Shown here in pieces: positions 1 through 8,225 of a DNA stretch of 11,136 nt. The notes beneath the pieces were generated by a model. The model made no database searches. It saw only the letters and a program-made list of their open reading frames with translations, and had not been told where the DNA came from. This stretch comes from Paraphysomonas bandaiensis. Taxonomy: Eukaryota; Protista; Chrysophyceae. The position numbers were made by a program, and so were the translations under genes. Every line of letters starts with the position of its first letter. The stretch's first letter is position 1. The stretch lies in NCBI GenBank assembly GCA_965644295.1, contig CBFFRP010000572.1, positions 1 to 11,136 of the forward strand. The letters run 5' to 3'.

Positions 1-320
1 CCCAATTTTGCTACAAAATGAAACACCAAGGTCAGCTACAATAATAAGAAAGAAAAACAAGAACAGAAAACATAGAAATTAGGGTTAGGTTTAACAGAAC
101 GCTAATATTAGATATTAGCAGAGGGAAATATATAATATACATTTAGCTTTACTATTCGGTGAGAGCAGAAACTGTATTCTATCTTCTATCTTATATGTGT
201 GATATTGGCTGTCATTTGAAAGTAATTTGGTTTCGACTTAGGAAAATATTAAATTGCAATATATTGTTCCCTAGCCCTGATTTCATATAATAGTACACAA
301 TTTTAGAAAACCACAGTAGA

Positions 321-990
321 GGATATCTGATTATTACCAATTGGCGTGTAAGAGTCAGAACTAATTACCTCAAGGAATAAAAAGTCCTGAGCCCACACGC
401 AATCCTGATAAGGACGGTGTGACCCTAACCCTGAGAGTTCTGGGGCTGCTCCGAATTACCTTCAGCTTTATAATACTATTATATTGCGATATTTTGAACT
501 CTTCAGAAAAATTCTTGAGGTATTGTTTCAAAGTATTCTACATCAGGCGAAGGATGGAATACAACATGGAGTGCTTGATGATCTGCTTTTGAAAGTTGAC
601 ACATCATTGTGGCTATATTATATTGAAAGTCTTTTTATTTAGCAATATAGGCGTTAAAAACCTGTACCAATATAGTGGCTAGTTGAATGCTAGACATACT
701 AGTTAGACCTCTACCCATATTGTGGCTTTCCATCCTCAACTAAGTCGGACTCACACCTTTTCGTGGTGTTTGGGGGATAAGTACCGGAGATATTTCCCGG
801 GAATCTAACGTGAGCCGCATATATAGTCTCAGCAGATAGTATTCTGCCGATTTATAGCCATAATACACATGTGTGGTACAAGAAGGGGCACTAATATAAG
901 TGTCACTTGTGTGTAGTAGACGTCTTTTGGTCATGGCGAATATACAGCAGGCATCCGGGAATGGGCCGCCCACTTCAAGGGTATCCAGGG
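321..990 (-). mobile_element. Highly decayed Ty1/Copia-like pol remnant (integrase C-terminal region to start of reverse transcriptase)
   Basis: A single minus-strand frame with many stops contains, in Copia order: *SGRPIPGCLLYI (977-939; cf. WxGxKP...FGCxAY), CPFL (890-879; cf. CxFLGY), IYAAHVRF (824-801; cf. IxSRDVxF), YQDCVWAQDF (410-381; cf. YKARLVAQGF) and ISSDSYTPI (365-339; cf. D.TFSPV). Each match is weak; the support is their order and shared frame. Confidence 0.45.
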
Positions 991-1243
991 TATTAGGCTG
1001 TCTGCTGAAGTCAAGCACCCGAGATATGTTCACCTTAAGGACTAAAAAACCTTGAAGTCAGCAGATGTCAGGCATATCGACATTCTGCTTGCTCACTGCG
1101 TTTGCTTTGAGCGATAGAAGAAAGCAAAAGTGGCTGCACCTTGGTACTTGCGGTGACGCACAAGCATCTTTCGCAGCGTTAAATAGTTAAATAGTAGGAT
1201 GTCAGAGTTAAGCACTAGTTAGTTAAATTGCTTTACTGCAACA
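991..1243. repeat. LTR-like dispersed direct repeat, copy 1
   Basis: 998-1243 aligns with 3075-3300 with about 9 substitutions and 3 indels (2, 17 and 1 bp), and there is weaker similarity back to TATT at 991/3068. It ends in CAACA, a typical LTR terminus. The repeat is certain; LTR identity is inferred, as no PBS, PPT or TSD was found. Confidence 0.85.
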
Positions 1244-1267
1244 TCTCATCCTGGAACTCAAAATCCC

Positions 1268-1460
1268 GTATGCTGACTATAAATATATAGAATATATATG
1301 CCGCTCATGCTAATTTCCCTGATCACCACGAAAATGTGCGAGTCCGACTTTGTTGAGGGCTTTAGTTGTATTTTGGACATTGTAGAGAAGTACCAAGTTT
1401 TCCTAAAAAAACTGTTAATAATTAACACTGGCCCACTATCAGCGTGATATATTCCATCCT
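1268..1460 (+). repeat. Diverged inverted copy of the 551-866 region (second retroelement-like remnant, with internal deletions)
   Basis: Reverse-complement matches: 1324-1358 vs 734-768 (32/35), 1293-1319 vs 799-825 (22/27), 1268-1294 vs 840-866 (20/27), 1450-1460 vs 551-561 (11/11). The blocks are collinear. Confidence 0.75.
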
Positions 1461-1579
1461 GGGTATCTGGAGGTAACCTGACATCAGAGGAATACTGCAC
1501 CAGTTCTTGTACGCTAACTGTATCCCCGCAGATCTTTTTTAACAGCAGTATCTATGAACACAAGTGCCTACCGGTACCC

Positions 1580-2740
1580 CCCCCACTGTAGTATATAGGG
1601 CAATTCATGTATAAACTGAAATATCATCGCTGGTCCCTTTTTGGTCAAGGATAGTATAATAATGACTCCCGGTTCTGATACATACTTCTCAAGCACTCTA
1701 TGATCTTTTTCGCTTTTTATATTATATAGTATAGCTGTTTTCGGCACAACTCTCTTCTATAGCTATACTCGCTCGTCGACAGTTTCAGTCACAAGTGCTT
1801 CACCATCAATCATATTGGACTCTCCTCTAGATGTAAAATCATCATCTACGTAATATTTGAGCTATATCCCGACGTTGAACTCTTAACTTTTCGGAGACAT
1901 TTCTTTCATGTTTCTGTCGACCTTACTCTTGTTGGTCTCTCTCTTGAACTCTCGTGCTCCTTATAATACATTACTATACTACACTGAATATAATATAATA
2001 TGTTTCCGAACCCACACATACACGCAGCTCTCCTATTATCCTCGTAATAATATTCTTTGCTTTTTTACCTACGCATTGCACCATTGCGTTTTAATTTCTG
2101 TCCTTTCTTCACAAAGAAGGAACACTTTTTACGCTCTAGCCATTTTCGTTTTTTCAAATCGTATTTATTTGACCCCTTTATCTTTTGATCTTAAACTACT
2201 CCAACGCCGCTTTTTGCCTTTATATAATCAAATTCCTCACATATAATGTAACATTTTGTTTAGTAGCGTTTTCTACACAGCATTATAATATAATGGCTAA
2301 CCAGAACAATTTCACGCTTTATGTATAGACTTGTTGATCATCGCGAGCTTGCATTACTACCCAGTTGGCGGTTGACCTATAACTAGGTCAGTTTTGTACG
2401 CACCGTCAGTTCTATCAATTCCAATTGAGACCTTCTCATTGACCCAAATTCCGCGTTATTCTTCAACATGAAGCATCTGATTGGACAAAACTTCCTCATC
2501 AGGGTCATCACGTGTGGTAAGCCTTCATATACTGGTATAGCACACGTGTCATTTCGATCATGGCATAACTCGCGTGCTCTGCCTCCTCCAACAGGTTTTG
2601 CTCTGCTAGCCCCAGAAGTTTTGATTCTTGCTCATCAGATAGAATTTTGATCTTATGAGCTGATACCTCAATCTAATTCTACTTGTCAAATTATTCATAA
2701 CCTTACTGTCCTCTCTTGCCTTGTCATCCGGACTACCATG
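1580..2740 (-). pseudogene. Possible decayed coding sequence of unknown, probably transposon, origin
   Basis: The minus strand is purine-rich, with protein-like stretches broken by stops and frameshifts, e.g. IKILSDEQESKLLGLAEQNLLEEAEHASYAMIEMTRVLYQYMKAY (~2650-2515) and REFKRETNKSKVDRNMKEMSPKS*EFNVG...EKDHRVLEKYVSEPGV (~1955-1665). No family motif was recognised. Confidence 0.3.
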
Positions 2741-3067
2741 ATGTTTGAGGTTGGATTTAGCACTGAATTTAACCTTGCTCTACATTAGTAACTGAATTTA
2801 CTTCCTTTCTCTATTACTATAATCGCCCTTTACAATTATTAGTTGATACACTCATTGCACACGATAGCTCACTTCACTTCACTTGCACAATATATATCGC
2901 ATCACATACAGCAAAACTCAACGATTTATATCATAACTTTTATTGACTAAAAATGTACTACAGCTGTCAACGGCTGAATTCTGCCACTAGCGGTCATAAT
3001 TCAAATACCTTAAACTACAGATTTTAATTGCTTACAATCAAAACTCAGCAGTCCCGTATTTACGATA

Positions 3068-3300
3068 TATTGGACTGTCTGCTGAAGTCAAGCACCCGGG
3101 ATATGTTCACCTTAAGGACTAAAAAACCCTGAAGTCAGCAGATGTCAGGCATATCGACATTCTGCTTGCTCACCGCGTTTGCTTTGAGTGATAGAAGAGC
3201 GAAAGTGGTGGTGACGCACAAGCATCTTTCGCAGCGTTAAATAGTTAAATAGTAGGATATCAGAGTTAAGCACTATTAGTTAAATCGCTTTACTACAACA
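3068..3300. repeat. LTR-like dispersed direct repeat, copy 2
   Basis: Same orientation as 991-1243. Its termini TATTGG...TACAACA form an imperfect short inverted pair (TATTG/CAACA). It lacks 17 bp present in copy 1 near 1134-1150. Confidence 0.85.
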
Positions 3301-3344
3301 TTAGTTCTGACTCTTACACGCCTATTGCTAATAAGCAGACATTC
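3301..3344 (+). repeat. Inverted copy of 321-364 (Copia RT-start-like fragment, SSDSYTPIANKQTF)
   Basis: The reverse complement of 3301-3344 matches 321-364 at 39/44 positions. It begins exactly at the end of repeat copy 2. Confidence 0.75.
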
Positions 3345-3739
3345 ACTATTCACTACTATGATACACTATATACCATATTGAAAACGGATTGCGCAGTAGC
3401 AAGGCCATACGAATAAATATTTAGCCTTATCCATGATATTTCAGTGTCTTACTATGAGCATATACATGGATATACAGAGAAAATTTTTCAGTGTCACTAT
3501 AACTAAAGAGATGGTTATTACAGATGCACCTGCTAAATTATCTTCACAGCACACCATATTCCAAAAAACTTGTGAAGTTATTATCAATTATACGCTTTTA
3601 TCAAGCAGATATAAATGCCCATTAAGGACAGAACATGAAAATAACGAAACAGAAACTATTTCGCTTCTTGACTGATCAAAGCAGTTCACTCAACTGCAGC
3701 AAATAATAATTGGTTCGCTGCCGACAGAAGGCCCTAAAG

Positions 3740-4792
3740 CTATGCCCATATCTTCAAAACAGTATCCCATGATCCTGTACATAACGCTTCTCCAGATGGT
3801 GCAACTCCAATACAGGAGACTCTGTTCTCGTGATTCTGCATCTGGAAGGCACTTTTGTCCACAGGACCCAAGACATCCCATCCTAGGCAATTATAGTCGT
3901 CATAGCCCGCAAAAAGAATTCGTCCAGAACGTGAGAACGCAACCGAAGTAATACCACAAAGCACCATATCATTGCGAAATTCGCATACCTCCGCGCAAGA
4001 TCTCATATCGAAGTATCTACAGGACGAATCATCCGAACCCGTTCCGAAAGACTTGCCATCGGGAAACAATGCCACTGAGTTGATATCAGATTCATGGCCC
4101 CTAAATGTCATTGTGCATTTATTCGATCGGATATCCCACACTTTAGCAAAACTATCGCACGACCCAGAAACAAAAATATTATCATCTACTCCGGGCAGTA
4201 CCGAAACTGACATAACATCTCCATCGTGGTCACTGAATGTGGCTTTAGCAACAGCAGCCTCGATATCCCACAACATACACGTGGAATCGCCAGATGAAGT
4301 CAAGATCTGGCTTTCATCAATAAATCGGCAACAAGATAAGTATCCATCATGTGCTGCCAGTTCGCGGTGGGATCTCATAACTTGAGGCTGATTGAGCTGA
4401 TATATCGAACACAGATTGTCCAATCCACCACACGCGACAAGGTTTCCTTTACTCTGCTCAAAAGCACATGTCATAACCCATGACGAGCGCAATGGGATTG
4501 CTTGTGTTTTAATTTGCTGCATTCCATTCCAAACAATTAACTTTCCGTCTTGCGAGGCGCTGACAAGATGAGTGCTGTCACCAGACCAATGAAGGGCATA
4601 CACCTTGCCGAAGTGCCCCCTCAAAGTACGTCGCACCTTAGGAGTCGGGCCCAAAGGGGGCGCTGGCTGCTTCAATTGTTTGCTAATTCCAGCGTACGTG
4701 GACATTTTGTCAGCATGCGCATTTTCAACCTCTTTTTTGAGTCCTTCCACTTGCTGCTTCGCCGCCGTTATTCTTTCCACCAAATCCGTCAT
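3740..4792 (-). CDS. GPB1: Heterotrimeric G-protein beta subunit (N-terminal coiled coil plus 7 WD40 repeats), 350 aa, intronless
   Basis: G-beta signature sequences are present: RRTLRGHFGKVYALHW, LVSASQDGKLIVW, IPLRSSWVMTCAF, VACGGLDNLCSIY, HDGYLSCCRF, FRGHESDINSV, GTGSDDSSCRYFD, CGITSVAFSRSGRILFAGYDD, HENRVSCIG, TGSWDTVLKIWA. The first ATG is at 4792 (MTDLVERI); the ORF-track start at 4813 is a TTG. Stop TAG at 3740-3742. Confidence 0.97.
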   Translation of the reverse strand: MTDLVERITAAKQQVEGLKKEVENAHADKMSTYAGISKQLKQPAPPLGPTPKVRRTLRGHFGKVYALHWSGDSTHLVSASQDGKLIVWNGMQQIKTQAIPLRSSWVMTCAFEQSKGNLVACGGLDNLCSIYQLNQPQVMRSHRELAAHDGYLSCCRFIDESQILTSSGDSTCMLWDIEAAVAKATFSDHDGDVMSVSVLPGVDDNIFVSGSCDSFAKVWDIRSNKCTMTFRGHESDINSVALFPDGKSFGTGSDDSSCRYFDMRSCAEVCEFRNDMVLCGITSVAFSRSGRILFAGYDDYNCLGWDVLGPVDKSAFQMQNHENRVSCIGVAPSGEALCTGSWDTVLKIWA

Positions 4793-5454
4793 GCTGTATA
4801 TATCTACGTACAATTAATCACTACAAACTGTTCATTTGGGTCGGATTCAACCACTTGCTTTTCAATAGTTTATGAAGTAACACCGAGGCCAAGAGATTGA
4901 TGCTGTAGTAATATATGCAGGGAGCCCTCGGTGGTCTACTAGATCCCCCCGACTGCTCCTCCTCCGGCATCTCGCTACACCGTATGTCGGTTTCACTTCT
5001 ATCACTCACGACCAGCATATAAGATATATACGGCAGATCGTAGTCCAAACAATTCCGGAATACAGTACGAAGTATTACAATACTTACGTAGACCCCCGCT
5101 AACTAAATGGAACTGGTGTGTCTGTGGAAATCGACTGCAAAAAATCGTTTCTCAGTTTGTAATGTTTTTAAAAGAACTCGCTCCAAACGAACATGAACAC
5201 GAATAGAATACCATGGGAATCAACACTGTGTAATCGCATGTCCATGATGGTCAAAATCGCTCCATTCCAATTACGCTTTTAATAAATCATAGACGTTAAG
5301 CTATCCTGATACTTTTCGTGTTTGTGTTGGAAATCCAAGTCCTGTAAATGCAGTTCCTAGTGGAAAATACACAGAAATTAATATTAACGTCTCAACGGGA
5401 TGTACGTATACAGAGATGCAGCATTTATATTCTGCACTGCTTATAGTATATTAA

Positions 5455-6912
5455 ATGCAGGTTCAGTTTGATACATGTGCTGCTATAATGCTGAGGCGTG
5501 CAGTGACCCTAGATAAGAACCTCGAGGAACTAAATGTTCATCGTGATGTCGTGAAGAAATGGAAGCAGTGTCGCGTTTCGTTTCTTGAACAGGTCCGGAA
5601 TCCACAAAAAGATGTTGTTGATACAGTTTTGCGCGTGTTTCAAAGTATATGGGAGAGTTTATCGCAGCTCCCCGTTGACCATTGTCTCTACCTCCCTCCT
5701 CTATACCAGAATAGTCCCACTCTAACCAATATGCTGAAGCATTTTGTTGGAGAATTGGTTTCAAGAGAAAACGGTTCCTTGCTACAGTCAGGAAACATGA
5801 TTTTGAATGGAGTTCAAGGTACAGGGAAAACGACTCTACTCAAAGCAATGGTTCTTGTGGTTGCCATTTGTTGTGATAAATTCTTTTTTATTTATCACAA
5901 CTACAAAAATGGATTGTATTCAAGTAATCAGCTGATAGCGGAATGTGTTCATCGATTCGTGAATGGAATATGTGACGGGAAATTTGGAGATTTCGCGGCA
6001 GAATATTCGCGTGACACACATACTTGCTTGAGAACATTGTCAGAACAAAATTGTTATATCGGAATTGCGGCAGATGAAGTTCAACATGTGGTTGTTGTAG
6101 ATGATAATCTGTTGTGGCGTATCAAAATAATGAAGTCATTGGAAGAATTTGCTAGAACTGAGCTGCATCATGTTTTCTTGATTTTATCTGGATCTTCAGC
6201 GAGCCTTATTCGAATTCTATTTCGTTCCAGGCGCCCCGCGAGCCTGCAAAACTTTGACTTCGACCTCAACGCCTCCCTATGTCAGCGGTATTCTGTTCCT
6301 GCCTATCGCACAGTAAATTCTCTGAGGTTTTACATGTCCGAACGCTACCCACACCAGGAATTTTCACACTCTGAGATCTGTGCGATGCTTATGGCCACTG
6401 GTGGAATTGGGCGCTTTGTTCATAACTACGTCCAGAATCCAATGGCTGGTGTTATTTCTGGGCGGAAGGCAGACCCACGGACTGTGTATGCTGACCCTTC
6501 CACCTTATATTTCCTGATCGCGAATTTGATTATGTCGATGAACTCCAAGTTCTTTGACAGTTTGAAAAACGGCATATTTGAGGGTCTTGAAAGGTGCCCA
6601 GGTGTTTCCCATAATATAGTAGAAGATATATTGGCGGAAATAGGGCAATATAACGCAAATGAGGTCATAAACAATCTTGTTGACCAGGGTGTCCTCTATG
6701 TCTCTGAGGATGGTCCTTTGGACGCCATGTTAACTGTTGAATTGGCTGTCCCTCAGGACTACCAACAATTCACCACAGATGACGTATCTTTTGACGACTA
6801 TACGCTAACAATTCACCAAAGATGACGTATTTTTCGACGACTATACGCTTTTTGCCGCTTCGCTTTTGATGATATATGGAGACATTGAAAACAACGCCGG
6901 CAAAGCTTTTGA
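5455..6912 (+). pseudogene. P-loop NTPase (AAA+/STAND-like, resembling the Crinkler/RHS-type NTPase module), C-terminally disrupted; ORF 5455-6825 is open for 456 codons
   Basis: Walker A GVQGTGKT (5809-5832), Walker B IGIAADE (6058-6078), sensor-like LILSGSS (6178-6198) and TGGIGR (6397-6414; cf. GGxPR). The stop at 6823-6825 lies inside a 43-bp duplication. Removing one copy restores the frame to ...YTLFAASLLMIYGDIENNAGKAF (to 6910). NTPase is well supported; the CR family assignment is inference. Confidence 0.75.
6764..6849 (+). repeat. 43-bp tandem duplication (2 copies) causing a frameshift
   Basis: aacaattcaccacagatgacgtatcttttgacgactatacgct (6764-6806) vs aacaattcaccaaagatgacgtatttttcgacgactatacgct (6807-6849), 40/43 identical. 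Confidence 0.95.
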
Positions 6913-7248
6913 TGTAGGACTATCCACTTACATATAGAATATATACGTGTACATGTCCTGTATTATATGATTAGTAGTACAGTACTGTATTGTATACGTG
7001 TACCATGTAGTTAGGAATACAAACTGTAGGGAATGTGATTGTTGTTGGGATTAGCAATAGCCGTTGATATTGTAGACAGTATTATTAGCCGTTGATATTG
7101 TAGACAGTATTATTCATGATTCATTATACGATAATAATCATTATTTTGTACTTCTGTACTTGGGTATTGCTTTGCACACATACACATATGTATGCAAGCC
7201 CACAGTAATATTACTTAATAAGTAGTACTCAATCTCTGTGATATAACA
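6913..7248 (+). mobile_element. Candidate 5' LTR of the element carrying the 7254+ ORF
   Basis: There is an abrupt switch from coding-like to AT-rich sequence at TGTAGG (6913). The segment ends ...ATAACA (7248), 5 nt before the ATG of a gag-like ORF, giving TG...CA termini. No second LTR or canonical tRNA PBS is available to confirm it. Confidence 0.45.
7058..7113. repeat. Perfect 28-bp tandem duplication
   Basis: tagccgttgatattgtagacagtattat occurs twice (7058-7085 and 7086-7113). Confidence 0.95.
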
Positions 7249-7253
7249 ATATT

Positions 7254-8225
7254 ATGGGGGAAAGTAAGAGAAGCAAAATAAAAGCAGCTCCTCAAATAGA
7301 GGAATTGTTAGCGGCTTCGGGTTCTTCGTCTAGTAAAAAGACGAAAAGAGAGAGAGAATCCTCTCGAAAACGAGCAAGAGATGCAACCGCCTCTCTGTGT
7401 GTAACATCATCTCAAATGCAATCTTCTCCTCAAACTGAAACATCAGTAGAGGCGGAAGGAGAATTGAGTGGAGTATCATTTCGTGAGCTCTCTTCTTCTC
7501 AACCAAAGAGAAAGAAGCAAAGGAGTGGAGATCCGCACCCCAACAGGAGTGAGCGCATTGACTTGAATGAAGTCATTGCGACGGAATCCACTCCACATGA
7601 AGCAATCAATACCGACTCTATTCCCTACTTAGGTAGTGTGCAAGATGAGGATATCATCGAATTTTGTGAAAATCTCTCGAAAAGAGATCCTAAAGGGACA
7701 AAATTCATAAGGTCAGAAATCATGGCACCAACAGTGCGTGATATGCTTCAGTTTCAGCGACAGCAGGATTTTGGAGATGAGTCTGACGAGGACTGGCTAG
7801 ATCCTAACATTGTAACTACTGAGGAATTGATTCAGTGGTTAAAGCAAGCCTTTCTAGAGGAAGAGGAGCGATACTCTGATACATTGGAGCCTCTTCCTAG
7901 GTTCATAGATAATATCATTGGACCAAAAGTTAAGGTGGATATTCATGTTCCTAAAGTATTCTTAAAAGAATATGGACGTCTGAATGAGCTTTATAAGCTC
8001 ATTCCGGAGGCAAGTCTCACAGAGGTAGCCTCGGATACCATATAGTCAAAACCCTCAAGAAAAACATCAAACTTGTGGGCGGACATTCCTTCAGAAAGAA
8101 TGCCAAAGAGAAATTTATAGCGGATATAGGCCAAGGTCAATCTGCACCAAAAGATTTCGGAGCATTCTGTAGAAAGGTGCGAGAGCTTAACAATGACTAT
8201 AGTCAAGCTGTGAGAAAAGTAAAGA
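7254..8225 (+). pseudogene. Truncated, frameshifted gag-like/ORF1-like protein (ORF 7254-8045 plus a -1 frame continuation to the telomere junction)
   Basis: The N-terminus is disordered and K/R/S-rich with NLS-like motifs (KRKKQR). A helical-looking region follows, including DWLDPNIVTTEELIQWLKQAF, reminiscent of retrotransposon gag capsid helices. The -1 frame is open from 7997 and reads IVKTLKKNIKLVGG...PKDFGAFCRKVRELNNDYSQAVRKVK from 8042 up to the telomere. Coding status is likely; gag identity is tentative. Confidence 0.5.

Noticed and set aside
1841-1852. YVDD on the minus strand as a reverse transcriptase catalytic motif
   Set aside because: The context (LKYYVDDDFTSRG) lacks the flanking hydrophobic strands and other RT motifs, so it is likely chance.
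2373-2390. Hairpin tgaccta-taac-taggtca
   Set aside because: A 7-bp stem is expected by chance and has no supporting context.
740-2650. Short ORFs 740-1033, 1258-1500, 1908-2246 and 2468-2650 as real genes
   Set aside because: They lie in decayed repeat debris and one crosses a repeat boundary. The hydrophobic look of 1908-2246 reflects the T-rich strand.
3433-3675. 80-aa ORF with SIYMDIQ as a continuation of Copia RT (cf. EIYMxQP)
   Set aside because: The position is compatible, but the similarity is too weak to support without a profile search.
3690-4900. ORFs 3690-3890, 3742-3951, 3972-4385, 4550-4900 and 4605-4817
   Set aside because: Antisense or alternate-frame shadows of the G-beta gene with no recognisable motifs.
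5483-6674. Minus-strand ORFs 5483-5764 and 6426-6674
   Set aside because: Antisense shadows of the NTPase ORF.
6764-7113. The 43-bp and 28-bp repeats as a CRISPR-like array
   Set aside because: These are adjacent two-copy tandem duplications with no spacers, in a eukaryotic context with no cas genes.
6978-7215. 12-bp palindromes tacagtactgta (6978-6989) and agtaatattact (7204-7215), and a possible self-priming stem near 7198-7260
   Set aside because: Short, in AT-rich sequence, and the proposed stem needs a bulge; no function can be supported.
7997-8045. Programmed -1 ribosomal frameshift in the gag-like ORF
   Set aside because: No X XXY YYZ slippery heptamer is present in the overlap; a 1-bp deletion or a sequencing error is simpler.
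7991-8206. Minus-strand 71-aa ORF
   Set aside because: Antisense to the open plus-strand continuation of the gag-like ORF.
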